A stretch of 63,917 bases of DNA, counting the filler, from Octopus bimaculoides (taxonomy: Eukaryota), in assembly GCF_001194135.2 (NCBI RefSeq). It is 7 parts of 6 records of this genome, joined end to end, with 100 filler letters (N's around TTAATTAATTAA, not from the genome) between each part and the next. Parts side by side here need not be neighbours in the genome. Positions count along the whole stretch, not along the records: positions 40,643 to 46,172 come from NC_069004.1; positions 46,273 to 62,454 come from NC_069003.1; 5 more parts are not named here. One strand, written 5' to 3'. A program made the position numbers and the translations under genes. Below, one piece after another: positions 40,643 to 54,026 of the stretch. Position 1 is the stretch's first letter; every line of letters starts with the position of its first letter. The notes under the pieces were generated by a model. It was given only the letters and a program-made list of their open reading frames with translations, was not told the DNA's origin and made no database searches.

Positions 40643-40975
40643 CCCTTCGGTCACGAAGGGCCATGGGATTGCACCTAGAAAGTTAACCTCCAAGGCACAA
40701 GTCCAGGGAATGTTGTTTATGGAAGACCAGCAATCGCCCATGCATACCAGCCTCCCCTCTCCATGCCACTGATGTTATCGAATGGAAAGGCAAAGGGGCC
40801 GATACAGCTTGGCACCAGTGATGTCACAACTCATTTTTACAGCTGAGTCAACTGGAGCAACGTGAAATAAAGTGTCTGGCTCAAGAACACAACACACAGC
40901 TCGGTCCTGGATTCGAACTCACAACCTCACGATCGTAAGATCGACGCTGTAACCACTGAGCCATGCGCCTTCACA
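40643..40975 (-). mobile_element. tRNA-head CORE-type SINE (family D)
   Basis: tRNA-like head followed by ttgagccagacactttatttcacgttgctccagttgactcagctgtaaaaatgag, which aligns by eye to the CORE domain (ttgggcaagtcacttaac...cagtttcctcatctgtaaaatggg). Related copies at 37560-37870 (-), 58277-59028 (+), 16960-17090 (+) and 16175-16300 (+). Confidence 0.7.
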
Positions 40976-41510
40976 TCACTAGACTATGCGCCTCAATAAA
41001 CACGTAAAGAGCATAACACACTAAAGATGTAGAAAAATTTTGTGAAAATAATTCTTTGAGATTTCTCTCCGAATTTTGTTCGAGGGTCGATAACAATCGC
41101 CGCTGGATGTTATTTTGCTAGTTTTAATAAAATTCTATATTTATGTATAACATCGAATAGATCAACACACACAGACACATGCACGCACACACACAGAGTC
41201 ACACACACACGTGACACATACGTACACAAATACACAGACACATAAACACTTATATACATATATACACACGTATGCTAACGCAGTGGAATTAAAATATATA
41301 CACGCATGTATACAAACATAGATACATACACACAGGTATATCTGTAGCTCTCTCTATCTCTCTCTCTTTCTCTACTTCTTATTCTGCATGTGTGTGTGTG
41401 TATGTGTGTGTGTGTGTGTGTGTGTGTTTGTCCATATATATATATATATATATATATCTCAAGGTATGCACACTCACACACAATTATTAAGTTTGAAAAA
41501 TGGATAGATT

Positions 41511-41560
<50 letters not shown>

Positions 41561-41650
41561 AAGTATGCCCATACACACACACATATATATATTACATAAT
41601 GCTTATGGATAAACGCACTGACACGCATATATATATGTATGCATGTATGT

Positions 41651-41694
<44 letters not shown>

Positions 41695-41809
41695 GCACAC
41701 ACACAGAGGCTGGTCTGTTTACGTATCCATTATTGCTAACCTAAAAGCCTTCATCTGATGTCAGCTGATGACTTAATCTCAATATTGCATCGAACGCGTA
41801 CAGAAGAAA

Positions 41810-42345
41810 GGTATAGCATGGGTAGTAGTAGTGGTGGTGGTGGTGGTGAAGATGATGACGATGATTGTGGTGGTGGTGGTGGTGGTTGTAGTTGTAGCTA
41901 TCGTTGTGGTTGTGGCGGTGGTGTGGGTGGTAGTCGTGGTATGGGGGTGATGGTGGTGGTAATTGTTGCAGTGATGGCGATGATGGTAGTGGAGGTAGTG
42001 CTGTTGTTGATGGTGGTGGTGCTGGTGGTGATAGAAAAAAAACGGTGGCGGTGGCAGTGACGGTTTTAGTGGTGGTGGCGATGGTGCTGATAATGGTGGC
42101 GCCGATTGCGATGCTGATGGCGGTGTCGGTGACAAAAATGGTGTTGGTGGTAGTACTGGTGCTGGCGTTGATATGATTGGTTCGTAGATGCAGTAATCGT
42201 TGTTGTTGTTGTGGCGGTAGTATTCGCAGCGCTGGCGATAGTATAGGCACCAGGGTTAGTGGTGGCATTGTTGGAGATGGTTGTAGTCATTATTGTTGTG
42301 GCGTTGGTTGAGGTGGTTTTGCTGATGGTGGTAGCTTCTCTTGTA
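41810..42345 (+). repeat. Degenerate (GGT/GTA/GAT)n trinucleotide tract
   Basis: Direct reading. Similar tracts at 21920-22093, 43180-43650, 59575-59920, 61645-61820 and 63630-63917. Confidence 0.9.
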
Positions 42346-42484
42346 TAACATATAAATGTATGACGCAACCAATCTACCTCCATAATACTTTGGAAAGTAT
42401 CACAACCGACTTTTCTTTCTTTGTTCATTTTTTCAAATCTTTTTGCGCTTCTAGACTGGCCACGCATATAACATGGTGCGCGCG

Positions 42485-42522
<38 letters not shown>

Positions 42523-43359
42523 NNNNNNNNNNNNNNNNNNNNNNNNNNNNNNNNNNNNNNNNNNNNNNNNNNNNNNNNNNNNNNNNNNNNNNNNNNNNNN
42601 NNNNNNNNNNNNNNNNNNNNNNNNNNNNNNNNNNNNNNNNNNNNNNNNNNNNNNNNNNNNNNNNNNNNNNNNNNNNNNNNNNNNNNNNNNNNNNNNNNNN
42701 NNNNNNNNNNNNNNNNNNNNNNNNNNNNNNNNNNNNNNNNNNNNNNNNNNNNNNNNNNNNNNNNNNNNNNNNNNNNNNNNNNNNNNNNNNNNNNNNNNNN
42801 NNNNNNNNNNNNNNNNNNNNNNNNNNNNNNNNNNNNNNNNNNNNNNNNNNNNNNNNNNNNNNNNNNNNNNNNNNNNNNNNNNNNNNNNNNNNNNNNNNNN
42901 NNNNNNNNNNNNNNNNATATATATATATATATATATATATAAATACATACATATATACATACATATATATAGATAAGACACATATACACATATGTATGTA
43001 TATATGTGGGTGAGTGGGTGTATATGTGTGTGTGCATCTGAAGTGAGCTGAAGCGGGACATCGCTGTGGGTTTGATGCACGATCCATTTCATTTCTGCAT
43101 TTGACGAACATTACGTCAGTTCGAATCACACGGACGTCAATCATATTAGACTAAGAAGAAGAAGAAGAAGAGCAGACAGAGCAACAACAACAGTAGCAAG
43201 TGTAATACCCATGCTACCATCACTACCACCACCATCACTATCGTCATCATCATCATCGTCATCATCATCGTCATCATCACCATCATTATTTTTGTACTAG
43301 CAATATCACCACCATTTTCAACACCAGCAATCCTCCGCCTCTTCCTCCCACTGCTGCTC

Positions 43360-43401
<42 letters not shown>

Positions 43402-43505
43402 TTCTTTTCGTCTTCCTCTTCTTCCCCCTTCATCAACAACGCAAGAAGCACTCCACCACATTACACCACCATAACCACCACCAACTCCTTCTCAACCACT
43501 TTAAC

Positions 43506-43538
<33 letters not shown>

Positions 43539-43592
43539 GTAGTAGTAGTAGTAGTAGTGGTAGTAGTAGTAGTAGTAGTGGTAGTAGTAGTG

Positions 43593-43624
<32 letters not shown>

Positions 43625-44147
43625 TGTAGTACTGCTGCTGCTGCTGCTTCTGTTGTAATGACAAGTGAACGAATAAAACCATTAATGTTTTGTTATGTAT
43701 GGAAGTCCGTAGAGACATGAAAAAGGATTGTTTTTGTGGCTGGAATTGACGAAATGGATGGATGAGATGGAACTCTGCTAATTTCATAGGTTATCAGTTT
43801 ATCCCACTACAGATACATACCTTCCTACATACATACATCAATAGATACATGCTTATCTATATATGTGTACATATATATATATATANNNNNNNNNNNNNNN
43901 NNNNNNNNNNNNNNNNNNNNNNNNNNNNNNNNNNNNNNNNNNNNNNNNNNNNNNNNNNNNNNNNNNNNNNNNNNNNNNNNNNNNNNNNNNNNNNNNNNNN
44001 NNNNNNNNNNNNNNNNNNNNNNNNNNNNNNNNNNNNNNNNNNNNNNNNNNNNNNNNNNNNNNNNNNNNNNNNNNNNNNNNNNNNNNNNNNNNNNNNNNNN
44101 NNNNNNNNNNNNNNNNNNNNNNNNNNNNNNNNNNNNNNNNNNNNNNN

Positions 44148-44181
<34 letters not shown>

Positions 44182-44636
44182 ATATATATCTTATATATAT
44201 ACATATATATATATATATATTCATATACATGATCGCTCCAATGTTAAGCAATATTTTACTACAGTGTTTCTTTCAGCATTCCATCAATATGGCTTTCGCA
44301 TCTGTAAAAAGATTGATGCAAATAATCAAAGATAACATTGAATAAAAAGGAAAATAAGCATAAAGGTATACATAGGAATGGTACGGTCTGGGAATAAGTA
44401 AAACTGGGGAAAAAAGTCAAAATTTGGTGAAAGGAAAATGGCCGAACAGAGAGTGGAGCAGAATGTAATGGCGAAAACGCATTTTGAAGCTGTAGGAATT
44501 GAATGATTTAAGGTTGGTACATGATTGGTCTTTGTAGTGTCCAGAAATTTATCTACCTAACTGTGACATCGTCCGCAGCCGAACACTCTCAACCGTTTGT
44601 TTCCAGAATCTTCTCTCTCTCCCCCTCTCCCCTCCT

Positions 44637-44677
<41 letters not shown>

Positions 44678-44719
44678 CATTTCCCTTGGTTAAGTCTTCA
44701 GCCCGTTGGTCAATAAATT

Positions 44720-45310
44720 AGAAGTAGGAAGGTCAGGCTTGTGTAGGATGAAAGATTGCAAAGATAAAGCACTATACAATAAATTGAAAACGAATGAAAC
44801 TGAAAATAGGTGGGCAAAGAAAAGAATGAATGGTCAATTTCATAGGGATGTTGAAGATAAGACAGACAGAGAAAAAAGAAGGCTGTGGATGACTAAAAGT
44901 GATTTAAAACCGGAAACGGAGGCTCTAATCTGTGCTGTCCAAGAGAACAAACTAAGAACAAACTACATAAAATACAGAATAGACAACAAATCAGAAAGTG
45001 ATAAGTGCAGAATCTGTGGACAAAACGGTGAAACCGTATGGCATATTACCAGCCAATGTACGCCACTAGCCCAGAAGGAATATAAGAGACGCCACGACAA
45101 TATAGCCAGGCTTGTCCATTGGACACTTTGCAACAAGTATGGATTTGACAGAACGAAAAATTGGTACGACCACAAGCCTGAACTGATAACAGTGGTGATT
45201 GGAGCGTTTGGCTCAATACCATTGAAACTTCAAGATTTCTTAAAGCAATTGGAAATCCCATGAAAGATTGATGTCTTGCAAAAAGCAACCTTATATTTAA
45301 TTCCGGATAT
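44720..45310 (+). mobile_element. R4/Dong-type (RLE clade) non-LTR retrotransposon 3' fragment with internal deletion
   Basis: WMTKSDLKPETEALICAVQE..LRTNYIK...CRICGQNGETVWHITSQC (CCHC knuckle C-x2-C-x8-H-x4-C)...EYKRRHDNIA...WYDHKPE joined directly to VVIGAFG and LQKATL; the PD-(D/E)xK core is missing. Confidence 0.82.
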
Positions 45311-45672
45311 ATATATGTATGACAGTTTTATATATGCATGTTTACATGTATGACTTTTGCATCGAACTATGTATGTATGTATGTACGGATGTATGTATGC
45401 ATGTATGTATGTATGCATGCCGGCATGCATGTATGTATGTATGTATGCATGTACGGATGTATGTATTTGTGTATGCAAGCCATGTACGTATGTACGGATG
45501 TATATATGTATGCATGTATTATGTAAATATGTATGTATGTTACGAATGTATGTATGTGTGGATGTACGGAAGAATGTATGCATGTATGTATGTATGTGTG
45601 TATGTATGCCTGTTCATATGTCTGTATGTGTGTGTATGTTCATATATACGTATGCGCGTATGTATACATATG

Positions 45673-45718
<46 letters not shown>

Positions 45719-45761
45719 CATGAATGCATATGTATGTATATATGCAAGACGTGTGTGTGTT

Positions 45762-45836
<75 letters not shown>

Positions 45837-46030
45837 ATACATATGGCGTGTGTATTGAACTATGTATGTACGGATCTAGGAATGTATAGATATATGTATG
45901 TAACCGTTTAGGTATGCATTTATGTATGTATGTGTGTGTGTGTGTATATATACGTATATATGTGTGTTCATAATATGTAGGGCGTGCGTATATACGTATG
46001 TTTATACGTATGACGTTTGTATTGACGTAC
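45310..46030 (+). repeat. (TATG)n/(TA)n/(TG)n compound microsatellite
   Basis: Direct reading; begins immediately after the 3' end of the R4-type fragment. Confidence 0.9.
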
Positions 46031-46312
46031 GTATGCATGGATCGAGTTAATGTATGTCTATCGCTCTTTCTCACCCGACATTCAGCACATGCAAAGTTTC
46101 TCGCCTCAACCGCCGCCACAGCCACCACCACCACCACCACCACCACCGCCACCACCGCCACCACCACAAGTGNNNNNNNNNNNNNNNNNNNNNNNNNNNN
46201 NNNNNNNNNNNNNNNNTTAATTAATTAANNNNNNNNNNNNNNNNNNNNNNNNNNNNNNNNNNNNNNNNNNNNATATATATATATATATATGTATATATAC
46301 ACACACATACAA

Positions 46313-46347
<35 letters not shown>

Positions 46348-47591
46348 CGGACTTAGGCGCAGGCGTGGCTGTGTGGTAAGAATCTTGCTTCGCAATCACA
46401 TGGTTCCTGGTTCAGTCCTTAAGCAAGTTTCTTCCACCATAGCCTCGGACCGACCAATGCATTGTGAATGCGTATAGTAGACGGAAACAGAGAGAACCCC
46501 ATCGTATATATGTGTGTATGTGTGTTTGTGTTTGTGTGTGTGTGTTTCTTTGTTTATCCCCCGCCACCGCTTGGCAACCGGTCATGGTGTGTTTACGTCC
46601 ATGTAGATTAGCAGTTCGGCATAATATGAACCAGGCTTTCAAAAAATTAAGTAGCAGGGTGCTGTTAAATTATTCATTTACATTTATCCCTTAACCATTC
46701 CAGTCGTGCAGAATCCGTGGTTCCACTGATGAAGAGGACCAGAAGTTCGACCTCTTTGGGGAACAAAAATTCTCGGTAGACTTTCTTGTTGATTTTATCC
46801 ACTGGACTGTTAAACCATTACTCTTTTACTCTTTTACTTGTTTCAGACATTTGACTGCGGCCATGCTGGAGCACCGCCTTTATAGTCGAGCAAATCGACC
46901 CCAGAGCTTATTCTTTGTAAGCCTAGTACTTATTCTATCGGTCTCTTTTTGCCGAACNNNNNNNNNNNNNNNNNNNNNNNNNNNNNNNNNNNNNNNNNNN
47001 NNNNNNNNNNNNNNNNNNNNNNNNNNNNNNNNNNNNNNNNNNNNNNNNNNNNNNNNNNNNNNNNNNNNNNNNNNNNNNNNNNNNNNNNNNNNNNNNNNNN
47101 NNNNNNNNNNNNNNNNNNNNNNNNNNNNNNNNNNNNNNNNNNNNNNNNNNNNNNNNNNNNNNNNNNNNNNNNNNNNNNNNNNNNNNNNNNNNNNNNNNNN
47201 NNNNNNNNNNNNNNNNNNNNNNNNNNNNNNNNNNNNNNNNNNNNNNNNNNNNNNNNNNNNNNNNNNNNNNNNNNNNNNNNNNNNNNNNNNNNNNNNNNNN
47301 NNNNNNNNNNNNNNNNNNNNNNNNNNNNNNNNNNNNNNNNNNNNNNNNNNNNNNNNNNNNNNNNNNNNNNNNNNNNNNNNNNNNNNNNNNNNNNNNNNNN
47401 NNNNNNNNNNNNNNNNNNNNNNNNNNNNNNNNNNNNNNNNNNNNNNNNNNNNNNNNNNNNNNNNNNNNNNNNNNNNNNNNNNNNNNNNNNNNNNNNNNNN
47501 NNNNNNNNNNNNNNNNNNNNNNNNNNNNNNNNNNNNNNNNNNNNNNNNNNNNNNNNNNNNNNNNNNNNNNNNNNNNNNNNNNNNNNNNNNN

Positions 47592-47929
47592 GTCATAGGA
47601 TCGCGGTTTCGATTCCCAGACCGGGCGTTGTAGGTGTTTATTGAGCAAAAACACCTAAAGCTCCACGAGGCTCCGGCAGGGGATGGTGGCGAACCCTACT
47701 GTACTCTTTCGCCACAACTTTCTCTCACTCTTTCTTCCTGTTTCTGTTGTGCCTGTAATTCAAAGGGTCAGCCTTGTCACACTGTGTCACGCTGAATATC
47801 CCCGAGAACTACGTTAAGGGTACACGTGTCTGTGGAGTGCTCAGCCACTTGCATGTTAATTTCACGAGCAGGCTGTTCCGTTGATCAGATCAACTGGAAC
47901 CTTCGACGTCGTAAGCAACGGAGTGCCAT
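47592..47929 (+). mobile_element. SINE family A, 5' end lost in gap
   Basis: Matches the reverse complement of 55582-55920. Confidence 0.85.
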
Positions 47930-48089
47930 TAGGGACCGGTAATATTTCTTCGTAATATCAATTTATACCAGAAACAATATATATAATGAATATAATAAAA
48001 ATTGACAATTTTTTTTTATCCTATATCTATTTTGTAAACAAATAATACAATATTACATAATTCAATATTACATTTTATAAGCATTTTAT

Positions 48090-48168
48090 AATGCTTCTTT
48101 CTTTTCTGGAAACTCGCCGCGAACCAGCAGCCGATGGCTAGCGGACCACACCATTTCGAGAAGCACTG
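48090..48168 (-). mobile_element. hAT/Charlie-like terminus
   Basis: End reads CAGTGCTTCTCGAAA on the minus strand and abuts atctagtt (nTCTAGnn, Charlie-type target). The other end was not found. Confidence 0.4.
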
Positions 48169-48960
48169 ATCTAGTTTATTCTAGAAGGCAGTCATTTATT
48201 TGTTTGTATTTCTAGTCTTATCTAATTTATTTAACGTTCAGAGGAGACTAGCATTACAGCTATAACTCTCTCTAGAACATCCAGTCATTCTTATTATCTA
48301 TTAACTATTTTTAGCGTTTCTCTCAGTTTTAAAAACGTCTCCCTCTAACGCATCTATAATACTTCTTCGCCATCTTTTCCTTTCATTTGCATATGTGTAT
48401 GTTATACCCTGTCTAGTTCATGAATTACTTTCGCAAATTTGTCTATGGTTTAATTCGCTTATCTCCCTTCCTTCATGTCGCATGATATCAGTCGATTTTA
48501 TTTAATTTCTTCTCTTCAAAGTTGCCTGGCCGTATTTTCCTAAATCGAATTTCATACCAATTTTCTTACAGTATATTTTATACCACACTACTGTCTGCAA
48601 TCGTTTTCTCCAATTAACGGTCATCTGCTGCACACATCTTTTCATACTAACCCGCTTGAAACCGCGACCCCTTGATTTCATCATGATACAAACTCCCTGT
48701 GTTAAAGTGATCGTTATTTTTTATTCTTTTATCTGTTATTTATTTCACTCATGAGACCGCGGCCATGCTGGGGCACAGCGTTGAAGAATTTTTAGTCGAA
48801 AGAATCAACTCCGGTAATTTTTCTTTTTTTTTAAGCCTGGTACTTATTCTAGCGGTATCTTTTGCCGAACCACTGTTAACGGGGACGTAAACACATCATC
48901 ACCAGTTGTCAAGCAGTGGGGGGTGGGCAAACAGACACAAAAGGCACACACACACACACA

Positions 48961-49001
<41 letters not shown>

Positions 49002-50549
49002 GTGTGTGCGTGTGTGCATATGTGTGTCTGCCTCTGTGTGTATGTGTGTGCGTATATGGATATATATATATGTCTGTGTGTGTGTGTAATTTAGAGAAAA
49101 ACCACTATTAAATAATTCAATAAAGAAGAATTTAATTCATACCCACCAGAAAATAAATATATCATAAAAACCTTATTCAAAAAATCAATAAAATGCAAAA
49201 AGAATAACTAGTAAATGGTATATATATATATACACACGACGGGCTTCTTTCAGATTCCGTCTGCCAAATCCACTCACAAGGCTTGGGCGGTCTGATGCCA
49301 TAGCAGAAGGCAGTTGCTCAAGATACAGTACCGGCTAGGATTAGAGCTTTTTATTTATTTACTGACCGCCGAAGGATGAATGGCAGAGTTAACCTCGGTG
49401 GAATGTGAACCCTGAACAGGCAGAATCGTAACAAATACTCAAAGTATTCTGCCATTATTTTTACTCACTTTTTTCCCTGCATGTACTTAAATTATTCCTG
49501 TCTGATACAATTTTAAGAACGTACTCAGTTTCAGAATATCAATTACGGATGTTGTTATAATACTATTTACATTAACCAGGTAATTTTGATGTTCGTATCT
49601 GTTCCTAATATGTCTATAGCGACCATATTTTATGTTTTTGTTTTCTATACATTATTCCTGTTGTTTTATCATCGAAGTTTTATTTCGAGAGCGTCTTCTT
49701 TTCATTCGTCAGTCCACAAGAAAAGTTCCATCGATTTTAATTCTTTAACTGTTGCCAGAATTACACTATTTTCATATTCAAAATTATTTCCCTCTTTCAG
49801 AATTTTCTACTCTTAGATCTTTCTAGCATTCTTTCTGTTCATATTTTTAGTTGGTGTAATTCTAGTGTGTCTTTTGTTGGTCGATATCTTGTAGGTATGA
49901 CTGAGTTTGATTTCGCTATTTTTTCGCTATTTTGTATTTCATCTTTATCATTTATTTAATTTTATTTATTTCCTTATTTATGCTTGTACTTGATCTTATC
50001 TTCGTGACTTACGTTCTTCTCAACGTTTGTAACATTAATGTTGCTTTTTTTTTTTTTTCTTCTTTTGGTTTTACATTTCCATGCTTATATTTTTTGCTGT
50101 TTGCTTCTCGTTTGTTACTCATATTTCTTTTTTACGTATACTTTCACTTTTTTTCTTTAATGTTCTATGTCTGATATTTAGATTTAAGAATGATTTTTTT
50201 TTTCTGAAATTAACGAGTCTGTTTCGGTCTCAAAACTATTATTAGATCGAGGTTTCTGTCGCTTTATGTTGCTATTTACATTAGTCTCTCTTTATTCTTT
50301 ACTATATATCTCCATCTTTTATTTATACATAATCTGTATGTTCTACAATAGGTATTTTATAATAGCTTCTGGCTGCAGATCTCCTGTGCCTTACTGTTTG
50401 TATTTTCATCGAGCATTCATTCTATTAAGCGTTCTATTTCTGTTCCTGGTGTTTTGGTATCAAGAATGTTATTTTCATAAATAACTTCGATTGTTGGGGG
50501 TCAAAGTAATTTCAAACTCCATCCCTGCACACGCTACCCAAATATTTAT

Positions 50550-51060
50550 TTCAAATTTTGGCACCAGGCCAGAAAGTTCGAGAGAGGGAATACGTCGATT
50601 ACATCAACCCTATTTATTCAACTGGTACTAATTTTATCGATTCCGAAAGGATAAACGGCAAAGTCTACCTTGGCGTAATTTGAACTCAGTAGCGAAGGGG
50701 GACGAAATGCAGCTAAGCATTTTGTGTGGTGTGCTAACGATTCTGCCAGTTGACCGACTTACCCCAAAGGATGAAAGGCAAAATTGACTGCGGCGGAATT
50801 TGATCTCAGAACGTAACGGCAGACGAAATACCGCTAAGCATTTCGCCCGGCGTGCTAACTTTTCTTATTTCTTTATTGCCCACAAGCGACTAAACATAGA
50901 CGGAACAAACAAGGACAGACATAAGGAATTAAGTCGATTATATCGACCCCAGTGCGTAATTGGTACTTATTTAATCGACTCCGAAAGGATAAAAGGCAAA
51001 GTCGACCACGGCGGAATTTGAACTCAGAACGTAACGGCAGACGAAATTCTGCCAGCTCGC
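50550..51060 (-). mobile_element. Tandem/nested family E SINE copies
   Basis: Three overlapping partial or complete copies of the same unit, with CpGs retained. Further copies at 40150-40340 (-), 63680-63800 (+), and decayed ones near 3510-3700 and 27080-27230. Confidence 0.75.
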
Positions 51061-51637
51061 AGCCCTACGGCCGAATAAAATATTTCCGCTGCATACTGTA
51101 TAAATTTGTGAAAAAAAAGCCTGTTTTGTAGTTAGACTGTTATGTTTATAATCATAAATTAGTGGCGAGTTCGATTCCTAGGCTTTGTAAAGTCAAAAAC
51201 TCAGAATGGTTGCTAATGGCGAGCATCGCATACGGAACAAATATCGACTTATTTCCTCTCATACAACAGTAGAATATTACAGAAAGAAATAATGCAGACT
51301 AGAGAAATTGGTTGTAATTATTATTAAGTAATGATTAAATGACCTTTATCAAGCATCGCTTTAACCTAAACTGCTCTCACATGAATGAAATATATTTTCG
51401 ATTTGAATAAAATGTCACATGGTGCAGAAACGAGATTTTCTCATTAGAGCCTCGAGCATGTTATATCGTTAATTAAAGAATATCCAAATCAAACAAGAAG
51501 AGAACTTGGCCGAGCCTATTATTTCGCACTTGTTTGGCTATTACACGCGTCCACTCATTGAAATCGAGATCGTGTTGAATGCCGAGACGAATTAATAGCC
51601 TTGTGTAGCCAGCGGGAAAAATAACGTATCTGATATG

Positions 51638-51716
<79 letters not shown>

Positions 51717-52364
51717 CGATTACAGTAACTATTCTCAGGAGTTAGACAATTAAAAATAGCTGCGAATAATTATGAAAGTAACAACGACGCATTTTCATAC
51801 GTTCGAAGAAAGAGACAGATATACCATAAACTTTAGTGAAGATAACTTTTACTACTGAATGCATGATATTCAACTTATTTTATTGATATCCTACGATACG
51901 ATTTATATGGAGGTGAGTGGTAACGTGACTTTGGTTCAGTCTCACCGTGCGGCACTTAGAGTAAGCGTCTTCTATTCTAGCCCTCGAACGAACCCATGCA
52001 CTATGAGTGAATTTGGCACATGAAAACTGTTTTGAAACTCGTCGTGAGCGTGTGGGTGTGTATGTATGTATGTATGTGTGTGTTTTTTTATGTTTGTGTG
52101 TGAGTGTTTATGCTTGTCTGTCTTAGTCTATCACCACCACCACCACATGACAATCAGTGCTGACATCTTTACATCTCCCATACTAGCGATTCGACAAAAG
52201 GAAAACGATAAAGTAAGTACCAGATTTTAAAACAGATACTGGGGTCGATTCGTTCGACGATACCCTTCAGTGCAGAGCCCCAGCATAATTAAAAGACATA
52301 TAACTATGCGTTTTACCCTTTTTGTCCCTCAGTTACTGGAAATGACGTTCTAAGGTTGAACAGT

Positions 52365-52409
52365 GTTGTGTTGATGACGCCTACTGAGGCAGAAACACGT
52401 GTCAACAAC
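52365..52409 (+). ncRNA. Minimal hammerhead-like motif with palindromic stem III
   Basis: GUUGU G UUGAUGA C GCCU-ACUG-AGGC A GAAA CACGUG UC AACAAC: C3U core variant, palindrome ACACGUGU, GUC triplet, 5-bp stem I. Confidence 0.62.
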
Positions 52410-52657
52410 TAACATCTTACTTCCAGCCAAGAAACCTGTCCTTTTCCTTAATGGCATGGCAGCTTTCGGGGTTTTAATTGCCATTTGGTAACTGTGACAC
52501 ATCTAGATATGGAAATTATTTTAATAAATCAAGAGTTAACACCGTGTGGTATTTGGTATAGATATAACGGTATTTCTTTTTCTCTCTCTCTCTCTCTTTC
52601 TCTCCATTGCTCCTCTCCCTCTCTCTGTATATGTAAATATATATATATATGTGTGTG

Positions 52658-52716
<59 letters not shown>

Positions 52717-52999
52717 ATGTGTGTTTGGTGATGCAAACAGGAAAAATAGAACTAAAAATATGAGTGTGTATNNNNNNNNNNNNNNNNNNNNNNNNNNNNN
52801 NNNNNNNNNNNNNNNNNNNNNNNNNNNNNNNNNNNNNNNNNNNNNNNNNNNNNNNNNNNNNNNNNNNNNNNNNNNNNNNNNNNNNNNNNNNNNNNNNNNN
52901 NNNNNNNNNNNNNNNNNNNNNNNNNNNNNNNNNNNNNNNNNNNNNNNNNNNNNNNNNNNNNNNNNNNNNNNNNNNNNNNNNNNNNNNNNNNNNNNNNNA

Positions 53000-53165
53000 T
53001 ATATATATATATATATACATGTGTGTGTATACATACATATATATATATATATACATGTGTGTGTATACATACATATATATATATATATACATGTGTGTGT
53101 ATACATACATATATATATATATATATACATGTGTGTGTATACATACATATATATATATATACATG
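53000..53165 (+). repeat. ~36-bp minisatellite built from microsatellite blocks
   Basis: Unit acatgtgtgtgtatacatac(at)n repeated about four times next to a gap. Confidence 0.8.
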
Positions 53166-53986
53166 CATGCCTGCCTCTCTGTGTAGACCCACACCCATAC
53201 ACCTAAACATTATACTGTAATACAGATATAAACAGCTGGCAATTTTCGTATGATGGTGGGGCACTATCGAAATGGAACTGGGGCTGAGCTGGTGTTAATG
53301 AACCGTGAAAAGTGCATTATTCCACACATTAACCCAGCTCCATAATAAACCGACATGATTCTTCTTATTATTATTATTATTAGTAGTAGTAGTAATAGTA
53401 GTAGTAGTAGTATTTCCATTCTGGTAGACTGGAGATCACATCTGTGTTAGAATACCTACGGCGTGTTTCCTTCATCCCCTCGTTTCTTCCCGGCAGTCTC
53501 CGTACGTTGACGTATGCTAATGTACTTTCCAGATCATCGTCTAACATCTGTACTGCATCTGTTGAACGCTTCCTTTCCTGCGCTCCTTTTAAGCGCTGCC
53601 TGCGTGTGGCATCTGACCAAACCTTCGTCTTTTTACCGTAATATAAAAATATGGCTGCCAAATTTTTAAAACTCTGATAGCAGCTTATACGTATACGCAT
53701 TAGTGTTACTCATCATACTGGCGGGTAAGTTTTTCGAAGTATGCCTTTTGCCATCATGGGTTCAAATCAGGAAACCTGGTAAACGCTTATCATTTGCGTG
53801 TTTCAATCATTGGGTTGTGGCCATGCTGGGGCACCGCCATGAAGGAATTTTTTTTTCAGTTGAACGAATCAAACCAATATATTTCTATCAGGTATAACGG
53901 TGACGGAAACAAACTAACACCTACGTCAAGCGCGCACACACACGTGCACGTGTATATATATACAGTCTGTTAAAGTCTGTCATACC

Positions 53987-54026
53987 GGCCATGACGAAGG
54001 GAAATAGCCCTGAAACTCGAGTCGCC
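53987..54026 (+). ncRNA. Minimal hammerhead-like motif with palindromic stem III
   Basis: GGC C(A)UGACGA AGGG-AAAUAG-CCCU GAAA CUCGAG UC GCC: one-nt deviation at the start of the core, perfect palindrome ACUCGAGU, GUC triplet. Confidence 0.62.

Noticed and set aside
41741-42268. T/P/H-rich mucin-like ORFs (also 21858-22858 and 61554-61873)
   Set aside because: Degenerate trinucleotide repeats open in several frames, with no splice or domain evidence.
46725-46775. CTGATGA followed by an AGAGG/CCTCT stem
   Set aside because: No GAAA at the stem base and no stem III/I closure. The same applies to CTGANGA words at 8187, 16075 (-), 35629, 35702, 41755, 49725 (-) and 59341.
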